Shown: positions 39,115-52,100 of the stretch, one piece after another
Numbering within the stretch: the first letter of the stretch is position 1
Layout of the letters: each line of letters starts with the position of its first letter
DNA from: Phaeosaccion multiseriatum
Lineage: Eukaryota; Protista; Ochrophyta, other classes
Assembly: GCA_965112735.1 (NCBI GenBank)
Contig: OZ218953.1
Span: forward strand, 2,170,001 to 2,234,000
Reading direction: 5' to 3'
DNA: 64,000 nt
Made by a program: the position numbers and the translations under genes
Notes under the pieces: generated by a model
The model's database searches: none
Told to the model about the DNA's origin: nothing
What the model saw: the letters and a program-made list of their open reading frames with translations, nothing else

Positions 39115-40393
39115 CCTACCCCTCCTACCTGGAGTAGCAGCCCCAGCGCTGGCCCCTCGAGCAGCCACTCCTGGTAGGCAGGCGCGTTTCTGACTACCGT
39201 TCCCACGGCCCATGCAGCGGCCTTCCTGAGCTCTTGTGGGTACCCGGGACCCAAATGCGCCACCAACAGCGGCCAGCCCCCCAGGGTTCCAAAGTCTCGT
39301 GTCATATCGACATCTCCGAGGTGATCCTCAAGGGTCAACAGCACCTCCGAGACTGCGGAGACGGAGGGGGTGGACGAGGAGTCAGAGGAGCCCACCTCCT
39401 GTCGTGCTTCGAAGCTGCTCTTCAACACGTCGATGAGGTCCTTGAGGAGATCGGCGGGCTTGACCATTGCCTCGTACGCCGCAATCAACTCCTTCTGCCG
39501 CGTTTCCCAAAGGGCCTCCTATTGATGTTGATGTTAGAAGGGAGGAGGAGAAGAGAACGGGCAACATATATGAAAAACACCACAGCGAACAGAGAAGAGA
39601 GAGAGAGAGAGAGAGAGAAAGAGATAGAGGGAGAGGGAGAGAGAGAGAAGGAGATATAGGGACAGAGAGTAGGAGCACCTCTCATGCGGGTCTACATACA
39701 GACTACACGATACGGCCTTCTCCCAGTACTCACCAACGCAGCTTGTCTAACGAGGGGGTCCGTAATCGCCGCTACCTTGTCCAGGCCCATTCTGGTGCGC
39801 TCTGCCTCGGGAAGCTCCTGGAAGGCAGCGAACATGCGCTCCAACCTGTCCCCTTTGCTGTCGGGTACGTCGTGATCGTTCAGCCCCACGATGGAGGCCT
39901 TGGCCTGTTCGGACAGACCAGCGAGAAGGTCGTCCTCGGCAGATCCAAGGCTTCCACCAGTCCCATTGCCATTGCCGTCTCCCCCCCCTCCTCCGCCATA
40001 TCCTTCGATGTCCACTGCCGCTGTTGCTGCTGCTGCTGCCTCGCCTTGACCAGCCGCCGCCTCACCCTCCACCCACACGTCCTCCACAACCGGCTTCCTC
40101 TCCAAGCCAAATCCTTGCCCCTCCAAGTCTAAGTGCTCTAAGATCTCTCCCTGTATCTGCTCTAGAATGGCAGTGAGGTTGGAATCCTTAAGCTTCTGCT
40201 GCTGCCCCCCGTCTTCCGTCGGAGCGGACGAGGCAGGGTCAGTGGCTCGCTCAACCTCTCTCGCAGTGCTCCCCACACAGCATCCTAGACAGCAGAAGGC
40301 AAAGAGGGACACCGCGGCGAAAGAGAAGAATGCCACCTTCTTCACTCTCCCTCTTTTGCTGCGGCCCCTTCTTGTACTGCCGCTACTTGTCAT
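38234..40393 (-). CDS. Hsp70 nucleotide-exchange factor, SIL1/HSPBP1 (Fes1 + ARM repeats), with an N-terminal signal/anchor
   Basis: Hydrophobic N-terminal stretch VAFFSFAAVSLFAFCCLGCCVG. Fes1/ARM motifs LLTLEDHLGDVDMTRDFGTLGGWPLLVAHL...LRKAAAWAVGTVVRNAPAYQ and KAVYALSAGLQHNPPLQARF. Three exons. Confidence 0.75.
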
Positions 40394-41284
40394 CGCCAAA
40401 CTATCGGGGTGAGAGAGAAAGCCAAAGACACCAAAGCGAGAGAGAGCGTGTCTCTACGGAAGCACCTCTCCGTACAGAGCCACAGCAAGACTAGACCCTC
40501 TTTTGCTTAGCCGTTTCCCTGTTTCCTCTGCCCCACTACACTCGTCCGCTGCCCGTCTTGCTCGGTTCCCGCCCTATTTCGTCCTCGACAAAAAGGGTTA
40601 CTTGCACCTTGCCTTTGCTGCCGCTGCCCTTGCTTCTCCTGCTTCTACTACTACACGTTCCTTGCTACCGCTGTTTGGTAGACAATACTGCGCCTAAAGG
40701 TGTGGTATGATACTTGTGTGCTGCTTACTGGAGAGTTCCTATGGCCACGCGGCGATGCGGAAAATACATATTATTGACTTAAGAGGAATCACATTTTTCG
40801 CCTGTATGCCCGTATGCTGAGGCGACCCGCTGGCGAGGCCTGGCAGAGCAGCAGCCTTTCGTGGCCCTCATCATTGCCGTGTTACATGGCTTTCCCCCAG
40901 AACCTGGAACATGGCCGGCTGGCGCCGGCCAAAACCAGGAATCTTGGTCGCCTCAGAACCTTGTCAGGGGCCGATATTCAAAACCAACGTATCACCCTAC
41001 AGCAGATGGTACATAAGTTTATATACATGAGGGATGCAGACAGACGGCCCATTTATAGTGAGTTGTCTGATACATGCACCCAGCCCCCCAAACCCAGCCA
41101 TCCTCCTCTGTTGCCACGACAGGGGAAGCCTCTCACCAAGGGCCGCTGCGAGAAAGAGACAAGACATACAGACAGACACCTCCCCCGGCCCCCGTCTGCA
41201 GGTAATCATACCCCGGCCCCTCTAGGTCCCTTCCCCTCATCCTGATCTCCTCGTCATCTCGAACGACTTGGTAAGTAACAAAAC

Positions 41285-42425
41285 CTAAGTCTCCTTGTAA
41301 TCTTCGTCCATGACATCGGCCAAGATCTCCTTGAGCTCTACCCTCAGCTCGCTCACATCGTCCCCTCGCAACGCATCCCTCACGAAATGACAGTCCACCT
41401 TGAGCTGCACCATCTCCAGGGCGCCCCGCACCACCCCACACAGCAGGTTGGAGTAGAGCAGGTTGCTGTACTGAGGGGGAAGCTCAACAAACTCGATGAG
41501 AGGGTTCTCATGCAGCAGCAGGGAGAAGGCCGTGCTGTCTGCGTTCCAGTTGGTAACGTCTGCGGTCACCCCCAGAAACATCTTGAATGCCACCTGTGGG
41601 GTGTGTGTTTGGGTGTTGGTCGGTATATTTTGCGGGTTGGTCGGGTAAGAGTTGTGGCTTTGATTGATGTATGAGGAGGAGGGTGGGTGGTAGGAGGGGT
41701 TGATTGTGTGTCTCTACGCCAATCAACTTCCCTCTCTTCCCATCCCTCAACATGAGCATTGTATCGGAAAGAAAATGGCACACAAGGTAAAAGGTCCAAC
41801 TCATCAGTACCTTCCCAACGACGTCCGCTGTGTCCCTGAACCCCGAGCAGCCCCCGTTGATCATGCCTGACTTAGCCAGGAACTCGTCCACTAACCGAAT
41901 ACCAATGTTGTAGCCCCTGACGACGAGTCCAAGAGAGGAGAGAGAGACAGAAGGAGTACGGGGGAAGGATATGAGTGTGGGAGTACTGCAGATGCAGCGC
42001 GGTACAAACATCTCGCTGAGAGCTGGACTGGAAGGCGTTGGTCCACCTCTTCGGGGGCTCTTCCCTTCCGCTTCCCACTTGACATCACTCCTCACATGGT
42101 CTCTAGCTGCGTGTTGACCGCATCCACGTCCTCGTAGTCTCGGATGAGCTGCATCACCATGGCACCGTAGGTCAGCGTGAAGAGCTCCGCGTTCTGTTCG
42201 AAGCGAGAAGAGAGAGGCCACACGTAAGCTCAGTCTGCAGGTTTCAATTGACAGAGGGGGGAAGAGGGATCCTTCCATTCTTCTTCCCTTCTCCTCCCTC
42301 CCCTCTTCACCCTCCCCCCCTCTCTCTCCTCCTTCCCTCCCTTGAGTTCCCACCCTCACCACTTTGCTCATCTTGCTCCACGCCTGTTCCCCTGTCCGCG
42401 TGTGCTTCGCACCTCCCGACGCCAT
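41285..42425 (-). CDS. BET3: Trafficking protein particle complex subunit 3 (Bet3)
   Basis: Four exons give MASGG...KVNAELFTLTYGAMVMQLIRDYEDVDAVNTQLETMGYNIGIRLVDEFLAKS...FRDTADVVGKVAFKMFLGV...ENPLIEFVELP...LLYSNLLCGVVRGALEMVQLKV, the canonical Bet3/TRAPPC3 sequence. Confidence 0.97.
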
Positions 42426-42600
42426 CCTGCCGCCCGGTGCTGCTTCTGCAGCGAGTACAAATGAATAGCGGGGAGAGGAAAAGTCAACAAAATTGCATGG
42501 GCCCGGGCCGGCTCGTGAGAGACACTTGCTCCCCCTTTTTCTCCCTCTACAGTTGTACTCCTCTTGCAATCGACTGGTGAATTGCTCCTCAACACGCGCC

Positions 42601-44070
42601 ATGAGCTTGGCGCCGACAGCAGCAGCAACAGCCGCTAGAATCTTCTCTCGTGTTGCCGTGAAGTCAGGCACACTTGGCTTTGCAAGAAGGCGAAGCTTGT
42701 CAAGCGTGTGCCGTGCGACCACCCCTGTCGGCTGCGTGGCTCAGTGCACAAGCAGCAGCTATAGCAGAGGAGAAGGTGACAGTGGTAGCGGGAGGAGGAG
42801 AAGAAGAAGCGGCCGTAAAGCAGGCCTCCTTTGGCCCTGGGGAGTGCTCGGGTTACTGGCGTTGCGCGAGGAGGAGGGCCGCAATGCAAAACCTCGGAGT
42901 GATGCTGCCCAAGTGGTGGCTGGGGACAATAGCAGGGAATACGACTCGCTGCTGGGCGGGGAGGAGCAAAACAAAAAAATGAAAAAGCTTGCAGAAAGCA
43001 TCGCGTCGGAGGTGTGTAAAGACGCCACAAAAGAAAAGACACATACACCACGACCCCAAGTAATCCCACGCTCATCATTATTTCCTTTCCTTTCCCCTCT
43101 CGTCCCCACCCACCCACCCACCCACCGTGCATTTCACCCCGGCCCTATCGTGTTTTTACATACGAGGGGCAGAAGTCTGGCGAGGTGCTGGACGTACGGC
43201 AGCTCTTGTCTGTCCACTATAGCGACTTCCAGAAGGGCAACGCCTTTCACGAGACGCTCAACTCAGACGACTCCATTCTGTGCCCCTACGTCGTGAAGGC
43301 GAGTGAGAACTTTACTAATTGAATGTTCAGACCCGCGTTCCTTTGTGTCCCCTCGCTCTCGATAGGTTCGGGGCGAATGCTCTTCTCCCAAGCCAAGCGG
43401 CCGTTCCACCCCTCCCTTTACATTTTCTGTCCTCCCTTCCTCCCTTTCACCCTCAATATTATCCTCAACCTCTATGTAGGAAAGAAGCGACAACGGGAGC
43501 ATCGCAGCTGTAGTGCGAATGGGGCCTGCCACAGTAGGGCACCCCGGCGTGGTGCATGGTGGAGTAACCGCATTAACCTTTGATACTCTCATGGGGTGGG
43601 TGCTCTTTCTGGAAGGGGAAACAAAGGTTGTGACTGCGTACCTGCACGTGGACTATCGCAACTTGTTGCCAGCGGGCACCACAGTCGTCGTGAGGGCTCA
43701 CGTGGACAGAGTGGAGGGAAAGAAGATGTTTCTCACGGTGAGGTACAATGGGGGGCGGCGGAGGAGGAGGGAAGAGGAGGAGGAGGAGGAGGAGGAGGAG
43801 GAGAGGGAGGAGAAGGAAGGAAAAGCAGGCCTATTTCCTCCACATTCATGCCCAGTGCATACACTAATGGTATCTCCGAAACCCCACCTCAATTCTCGTC
43901 GTGTGTGTGTTTCCTCTCCTCAGGGCACGCTCTCCAGCGTCTCTGGCGACGTTTTGTATGCCGAGTGCGAGTCACTCTTCCTCACCCCCAAGCCCAAGGC
44001 AAAGGTGGAGCTGCCTTCCAAGGAGAGTGCGCACGAAGTGGCGGCCAGAGTAGTGGCCAACCGCCTGTAA
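42601..44070 (+). CDS. Hotdog-fold acyl-CoA thioesterase (THEM4/PaaI-like), probably mitochondrial
   Basis: Motif GHPGVVHGGVTALTFDTLMG...VVTAYLHVDYRNLLPAG...RVEGKKMF...LYAECESLF. N-terminus is Arg/Ala/Ser-rich and presequence-like. Four exons; the second intron has a probable GC donor. Confidence 0.85.
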
Positions 44071-44871
44071 TGTCGTTAGTTGCGTACAACTGTAGTGTAG
44101 CAGAGGCTCACACGGGACGAGACGCATGATATGATGGATAGAAGGAGAAGAGGGAATGCGATTGAGTGTGTGGGAAGTACAGTATCAGCAGGAGGAGCGG
44201 CAGGAGGAGCAGCAGGAGCAGCACCAGGAACCGCCGCAGGAGGAGGAGGCAGAAGGCTCTCAACGAAACTTAGTCAGGTCTTGTTCCGTGGAGAAAGCAC
44301 ACGCTTGAGCGCTACTGTGCTGCAAACGAACATGAGTGGATCGTGTCCTGCCGTCTTTTCCCCCACTTCCAACCCCAAGTGGGAATTTTGTAATCAATTG
44401 GATGGCCGCTGCGGGTGCCCCCCCTCCCCTAAACACCCTGCAAAGGTACTATGTATATTGTATGTACCTACTCTTGGCTCATTGAATCGCCGCTTCTCTG
44501 TTGCGTTTTAATGCCATCAAAGAAGTGCTTCTAAACACACGACCCCTCCCCCCCCCGTCTCTCTTTCTCTCTCTCTCGCTCCCGTTGGCTGTATTCTGTG
44601 CCCTCTGATGGGGCTTTGTGGCTGCTCTCAGCACTCCTCTTTGGCCCTCACTCAAACAATAGAGAGAGGCTTTGTGGTCGGACCCTCGACTCGACCATCG
44701 CAGACTGACACGCACAGGACACGAGGAAAGGATACGCCTCCCATCCCACGACCAGACGCTTGCGCCCCCTGCTCGCCCTACCCTACGCCGGCGCTGTCAA
44801 TGGGGTGTCCATCCTCGTCAGCACCGCGGCGGGCATATGGGTGGACCAAGGGCCTTCCCCCAGCAGGGACA

Positions 44872-47138
44872 TTAGAGCAGGGCCGCCTTGACTGTCCACA
44901 GCACTCCAATCACAATGGCCACAACTGAAGCCGCCATAGACAGCTTGCGGGGGATATCTGGCTGGTCCAGAGCCTTGCCCACGCGCACGCTTCCCTCCCC
45001 GATGACTGAGGTGGTGGCACTCATGGCAAGCATGGTTCCTGCACACGTCACAAAGCGGAAACCACAGTACGGGAAAAGGGGCGGCGGATTGAGTCTATGA
45101 TCGGACGTGTAAGCGGGCAGGAGGGCAAGACGCAAGCCGCAAGGGGCGTCGAGGCGCCGCAGCAAACGAGCAGCCAGGGAGAGGAGGTAGGGCAGGCACC
45201 AACTGTAAACCCCACATCGCGTTGGAGCTAAAATTCGTTTTGATGGAGAAGGCCAAGGGAGGAGCTGCAGAAGGGCTCAAATTGCACTGCGTAGCTTACG
45301 GCAGTCACAGGGCGTACAAACCACCACCACAGCAACCAAACGAAACGACACGCACGCACGCACCTCCACAGTAGGACAAGAGGAAGAACAGGCAGCCCCG
45401 CCACGAGGGAAGAGACAAGGCCGGGGCGAGGGAGGGTGCGCCATCCCATGAGAAGCCGTGCAGCAGCCCATTCAGGAAGATGGCCCTCTGAGGAGAGGCA
45501 AGCAAGGCGCCGCAGAGCAGGGCAGGGTAGAGAGCGGTAGGAGGAGGAGGCAGGGGTTAGGGTTAGCAGTCCTGAATCAAAACTGCAGAAGTGATCCCAA
45601 CGTCAAAAGCATCCAATGCGACTGGAAAGAGGCAAGCTCAAGGCATGGGGCAACACACAAGCACCCACTCCTCCATTGCTATTGAAAATGTAACGGCAGA
45701 GCCAAATGAAGGGAGCACCACAAACGCACACATCCACACCTACTCCTATTCCCCCCGTGCTTGGACTCTGCTGCCGTACAAAGAACAACAAGGCCCAACT
45801 GCACGACTGACCTTGGCCCCTCCCTGCGACTTTCGCAGGCTGAGCTCCACCTGCTCCCCCCCCGCCTCCCCTTCCTCCTCCGGGTGGTAGTCTAGTACGG
45901 ACTCCTGTGTGTTGTTCGCAATGTGATGATGATGATGATGATGGTGCAAATCAAACGCGTTTGTGGGGATTAAGCGCGGGACGGAGCGCAAATTGAGCGA
46001 ACCCCCCCCCCCCCCCCCTTTTCCAAAGAAGAGAGACAAAGGAGGCAAAGGAGGACAGAGAACAGGACGAGCGACAAGGACAGTTTTGCTCTCTGCACAT
46101 TGAAATTGAGTGAGTGAGGCGCGAAACAGGCCCTAAGTCACCAGCCAGGATATACACTGGCTATGCGTACGTAGTCCAACCATCCCCCCCCCTGACTCAT
46201 CTCCTCATCTGACCTTGAGTCCCAGCAACCCGATGAGAATGAGGGATATCCCGATAAAGCCTTCGGTCCAAGGACCGACCTTGGCCATGAACGCTGCATT
46301 CCTCCCTTCAGCGCCCAGCCTTTCCTTGAAGAAGAAGGCCACTAGGCCGATGAGTGTGGCACTGCAGCAAAAAGCGGGGGGGGGGGCGGAAGCAGCAGAC
46401 GCGGCAACGTCACATTGGGTGGCCCCTGTGTGAGCGGGAGAGGGTATGCCTGGCCGCTACCGTCAATCCTAGTCGGTGCGCTAGTCAATCATTCAGTCAG
46501 TGAGATCATCCATGCATTCACCTGAATCCATGGCCAAGCCCCCACAGGGCTCCGATCCGAGCAGAGGCAAAGGCCCCCCTCCCCATGATGCGAGGCAAGA
46601 GGGCGGCCACGTGATCTGGCCCCGACACCGCATGCAGGCCTCCTGACAACACTCCTCCCGTGATAGCAGTCAGGATTCCGGGCTGAAACTTGGGGAGGAC
46701 AGCCACTGAAAAGGCCAGACCCAATCTACGGCCAACAGTAGCAGCTGCTGATGCTTTCCCTACTGTTGCTCTTGCTGCTCCTTCTGCGGCTGCCACTGCT
46801 GCCGCCGCTGTACTTTGTACTGCTGCTAAAGGTCTTGCTGGCCTTCCGCCCGGCGCTACTCGTCGGGATACTGTCCATGGTGAAGGAAGTGAGGGTGATG
46901 TGACATGAGGGAAGCCTTCCCTGTGCAGGCAACTTGCTCCTGCTCCTGCTGCTCGTGCTGCTGGCACTCTACATGAGCCGCGGCCCAGTGAGGTCGTAAA
47001 GGCAGCGGCAGGGCTAACAAGTGCCGTAAAAGAAGCTACAGCTAGCAGGCTTCGCACGCAGTTCCAGCCGACCTTTTCCCGTTGAAGGCTTCTCCTCCTC
47101 CTATGTCTTGGCATCGGGGATTGCCCCGGACCCTCCAT
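44872..47138 (-). CDS. Plastid-targeted Ni/Co-transporter-like membrane protein (NiCoT/UreH, plant CGF1-like)
   Basis: Motifs GGLHAVSGPDHVAALLP, ARIGALWGLGHGFS, TEGFIGISLILIGLLG, NGLLHGFSWDG, GTMLAMS. Bipartite presequence SLLAVASFTALVSPAAAF|TT. Five exons in phase. Start is 47138 or 47114. Confidence 0.8.
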
Positions 47139-47419
47139 TCCCTGCTGCTCTGCCTTGAGCTCTGAAGACCGCAATATGCACCCACTCAGAGTGGCCTTTG
47201 TTCTGCTGCACCCGCAGCAGGTGAGATTATTATATCAAATTATATTATTGAGTAATGAAGCCAGGGTTAGAGTGAAGAGTGAAGGGTAGAGAGAGAGGGG
47301 AGTGAGAAGGTCTATTTTGTTTCGGAAGCTTCTATTTTCCCTGACATACTTTTTATTTCATAGTTTTGTTTTTGTTTTGTTTCGACTCTTTCCTCCGTTT
47401 CCCCATTCTTCTCTTTTTT

Positions 47420-48970
47420 CTTAGAGTGTCGTGGATGCGAGCAAAAAAGAACGGATTGCCCGACAACGACTTGGAGCAGTAGCTGGGGGCCACGGCCCTG
47501 TGTGGCGCTGTTGTCGGACTAGGCGGCGCATGTTCCGCAGGCCCAAATCTTCGACAGAGACGAGGCTGTATCCCCAGCACATTTCATAATCTCGACGTCG
47601 TAGTGTGCATGCCCTGGGCTTGGTCCTGGCTGCGTGTTGCCTCAGTACTGTTACTACTTCCAGGGGAGGGATGTACTCATTTTTAAGCGTTGGTCCTCCG
47701 GATATCTCCTCCGCGAAGTCTTCATCTCCTGGCACGAGACCGGACGAGAACAAAGTGCTGCGGACCATGAGAAAACCTGCCTGGAGAAAGTAACTCAGAG
47801 AGTGGCCTAATGTGGCAGATTTGACACGTGAGCATCTTCTTCAGCTTCCGCATGGAAGAAACAGAGAGCTTTCTTGATTGTATGCAAGCCGTGGGAGGAG
47901 ACGACACCTGGCGCAGCTGTGCATTCACATAAGATGTACCACCAACGTCCAGTGCCTCTTTTCTTAACGTCGGATGGAGGGGAGAGTCTGGAGCAGCATT
48001 TCTTCCTCTGCGAGGCACGCGCATGCGCCATGATGAACGCCCCTCCCTACTACTCTCCTGGTTTCGGGTGGACAGTATATTGGCTACATCGTATCTACAG
48101 CTCTTGAGGGGCCGACCGTCGCGAACATGCGAGATGAGGAAGCTTTGACAGCGTAGCAGTGGAGTGCGCGCGTGCAGACCGAGACCGGTGGAGACTTGCC
48201 GATGTGAACAATTTCGGCGAGAGTTTTCGGACGTTGGCCGCACGCCCTCAGGAATAGGGAGGGGAGGACAAGCCCATCTTTAAGGCCCTGTTTTTCTATT
48301 CACTTGCCCTGTTTTTTTATGGCAGCCAAGCGTTTTCTTCTGCCTGCAGCACTTCACAGCAGTGGCTGGCAGCACCCATGGCAAATAAATGATAACATCC
48401 CTCCTCTTGGAGAACAGAGGTCGATAATTTGACTGAGAGAAAAGCTGGAAGGTACTGTGAGCTGACGCCGGCTTGCGGAATTTCAGCTCAACGGTGACCG
48501 TCCAAGGTCAAGCAACGGAGGAGCTTCGTTTGTTGCCGCAAGTGCTTGGTTGTTGCTTTGTCGGGCCGACATGGCGGAAGCTACCATCGTATCTAGGTTC
48601 GCGCGAAAAGGCCTAGGAGCGTGGGCCCACCCATGGCAGCTCCTCGCAGGGCAATGCCCAGGCGAGGTGGAAAGAGACAACACAGACCTGTGCACGCTGC
48701 GTGCGTGGATACTCCGGGCTGGACGGCTTCAAAGCGCTGCAGGTCGACGACGATGACGCCGAGTTGCTTTCGTCGTGTGGTCTCTCGGCACTCAAGTCAC
48801 TGGCCTGCTACGAGCGGGTTAGGTAATCAGCCAGTACATGTCGAGATTATTGGAGAGGGATCTGCTCGAGCGGGAGAGCTTCTTGTACTTCCACTCATAA
48901 GTGAGCATAAATACCCCCTGGGAAGTCGGGACCGTCGGGACGGGATAGTAGGGGAGCGGCGTAGTTTACA
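47420..48970 (-). pseudogene. Possible decayed gene with a remnant MYND-like zinc finger at its 3' end
   Basis: Microsatellite-free, coding-like composition, but all frames are broken. Fragments MCWGY..., TCAA*, RAVAPSYCSKS(C) in shifting frames at ~47455-47585 resemble MYND C-x2-C...C-x2-C...YCS..C. Confidence 0.25.
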
Positions 48971-49954
48971 ATAGGCCGACACAGTTGACGTGTGTCAGTC
49001 GCGAAAACTATGGGCCTCTTCTGAAGTGGCGCGTAGGCATGTGTGTGTGGGTACAAGTATCCGTGATATCCGTGATATCCGTGATATAATTTTGTAATAC
49101 CGTGACGGATCGAATTCGGTGACAGGTGTGAGTAAAGAGTGATCGAGCGTGTGGGAGGAGTGAGGAGATGAGGAGAGACTGTGCGAGTGAGTGAGTAGGT
49201 GAGTGAATGGAGTGAGTGTGTGAGTGTGTGAATGAGTGAGAGTGAGAAGGTTCGGCGCGACATGGGAAAGTCATCCACTGCCGTCCTCTGCCTTCCCCGC
49301 CTTCCCCCTTCTGTTGGCATCCTCTTTTTCTCTCACTCCGTTGGGGCCCTGAGCTTTATAACTCCGATGGTGTTGGAAGTAATGTGGAAACACGGCCGGA
49401 AGGAAAGGGATAAAGGGATAATTGTCGGAAGTAATTGGGATGGTGGTTGTCCATAAAAAACGGGATGCAAAAGTTTTTGGATCAATAAAATTTGAAATCA
49501 GTTTCTTAGGAGTTCTTGTTCTTCGCCACGGTGGGCGGATTGTCAAGTGAATCCCCGTGTCGCGTGTCGCTGACTCCTTGTGAGCGGGCCACACCAGACA
49601 CACACACACGTTGGACACTGCTTCAGCATGTGAAGTTCCCGTGCGTACGAGACAGGACGAGGGAAGAGGGACCGAAGTGAGTACATTTCAACCGAGGGGG
49701 TTAAGGCTTGGTTTGTTAGGGAAGCAGTAGCACACAGCGAAATGAAAAGGTGTCGCGCAATTGTGCACAAGGACGGGAAGGGGGGGGGCGGGCTTGAAAG
49801 AAAGGGCATGGAGAGTGTCCTTTCGTGGCAAAAGAACTGGGACAGCCAAGGTTTTCGTATCTCATTCCTTGATTACAATGCCCAAGCACTTGCCTCTTAC
49901 CACGAGTATCGACCTTCTTCCCACGCTCAAAGCAGGCCTGCTGTTCTCTGAAGC

Positions 49955-50141
49955 ATGGATGCGGACGACCTTGGGAGAGGACCAACCCCACCTGCGCGAC
50001 AAGAGCAAGAGGATGATGACATGGATACACAGCACCGCAATCAGGAGGAGCGGCAATACCATCCAGGCCTTCTCCCGCCTCCAGCGAGCAGTGGGTTCGG
50101 GGCCGCACAGCAAGAACCACAGCAAGGAGCAATAACATCAT

Positions 50142-50173
<32 letters not shown>

Positions 50174-50183
50174 GTAGCATCAT

Positions 50184-50224
<41 letters not shown>

Positions 50225-52066
50225 CCAGCAGCAGCAGCGGGGCCAGCAAGCGCCTCGCCATCTGGCGCAACTATTTCCCAATCAGCAGAAACCCAAGACG
50301 CATCCGAGTCTCCCTCAATAGCATCGCCCACAGCAGCAGGACGAGTGAGGAACTCTCGTATCTGTACCGTTCGGGGCTGCGGGAGATACGCTGTCAGGTA
50401 AGAGCTGATGTGGGCAGAGCACTGTTGCCTCTCCTCTGCTGCTCAACATGCCCTGGACTGTGAACCAGTCAGTCTCGAGCTCACCCAGCCTCTCCTGTGA
50501 ACTCACCCTGCTCTCTCTCCACCCTGCTGTCTCTCTCCACCCGTTGGTCGTCCATTGCCAACAAACGCACACAGGGTAAGTGCTCCCAAGTGGGTGGGGT
50601 GGAGCGTTGCCTTTTTTGTGTCTGAACCGCTCAGTCTTCCCTCAGTACAACCTCACTGTCCTTTCGGCCTTTGGCGTCGCTTTATCTTGCCGGCATGCCC
50701 CCATATCCCACACTGTGCGCCGATACCCCCCCCTCCAACCACCACCACCACCACCACCACCACCACCACCACCACCACCACCTTTATCTTCCCTCACGCC
50801 CGGCTTTTGTGCCCCTTGCTGTTGGCGTGTTGCCCGTCTCGAACAAATCACTGGTCGGCCATCCCCCTACAGGGTAAGTACCATCGCTTGTGCAAACATC
50901 ATTCCACCAGAGTTTGTATTGTGCTGTGTTGTGTTGTGTGATGCTCCTTTGGGATCAAGAAAAAAACGGAAACATTTAACCCCTGCTTGCTTGCTGCGCC
51001 CCTTCCCTTTCCGCGCCCTTCCCCCTCGCCAACATCTTCTTCTTGTCTCTTCATCAAGGGTAAGTAGCGCGAAGATGGAAGGAGCAAGCTATTGTCCCGC
51101 CCTTTTCCCCACATCGTCCCATTTGCTTTGCTTGTGTGTGCGTAGAGCCACCCTGCGCCCTTACCCTCTTTTGTGTGCTGCCCTCCCTCCACTCCGCTCT
51201 CTGGGCTTACCTGGTGGCCATTTACCCTCCCCAATCCTCCTTCCATCTGCGCCAACCTACGTGCCCACCTGCCCACCTGCCCACCTACCTACCTACCTAC
51301 CTACCTACCTACCTCCCACCTACCTACCTACCTCCTACCTACCTACCTACCTACCTACCTACCTACCTACCTACCTACCTACCTACCTACCTACCTACCT
51401 ACCTCCCTCCCTCCCTCCCTCCCTCCCTCCCTCCCTCCCTCCCTCCCTCCCTCCCTCCCTCCCTCCCTCCCTCCCTCCCTCCCTCCCTCCCTCCCTCCCT
51501 CCCTCCCTCCCTCCCTCCCTCCCTCCCTCCCTCCCTCCCTCCCTCCCACCCACCTACCTACCTACCTCCCACCTACCTGCCTGACGATTCCATCGCTTCC
51601 CTTTTGTCCGCTGCATCTCTTCTCCTTCTTGCCTTTCCGTGCTACGACACTCCCCTTCTCCAACACACGCTGCAACGCATGACTACTCAGGGTAAGTAGA
51701 GAGAGTAGCGTACATTACGCTTACCATTTGTGCATCCAACCCTGTCTGCAGCGTCAGGTTTGGGACCGCCCTCCGTTCTCGGCGGTCGGGCAGCTACGGT
51801 GGAGATCCGCGGACCTTCCCTGACCTGATTTGACTGGCCTGACTGACTGATGGTTAAATGACTGACTGAGACTCACTGAGACTGACTGACTGATTGCTTG
51901 ACGGACTGACAGACTGATTGGTTGGCTGACTCTCCCTCTACAAGTTTCTCTCTCCAAAGCGGAAGGTGATTCTCTTCTCTGTTGAAGAGGGAAGATATAG
52001 AAACCAAACTTTAGTCTCACCACATACATCCCTCCGTACTCGTGCCCGCTGCTGCTGCTGCTCCCA

Positions 52067-52100
<34 letters not shown>

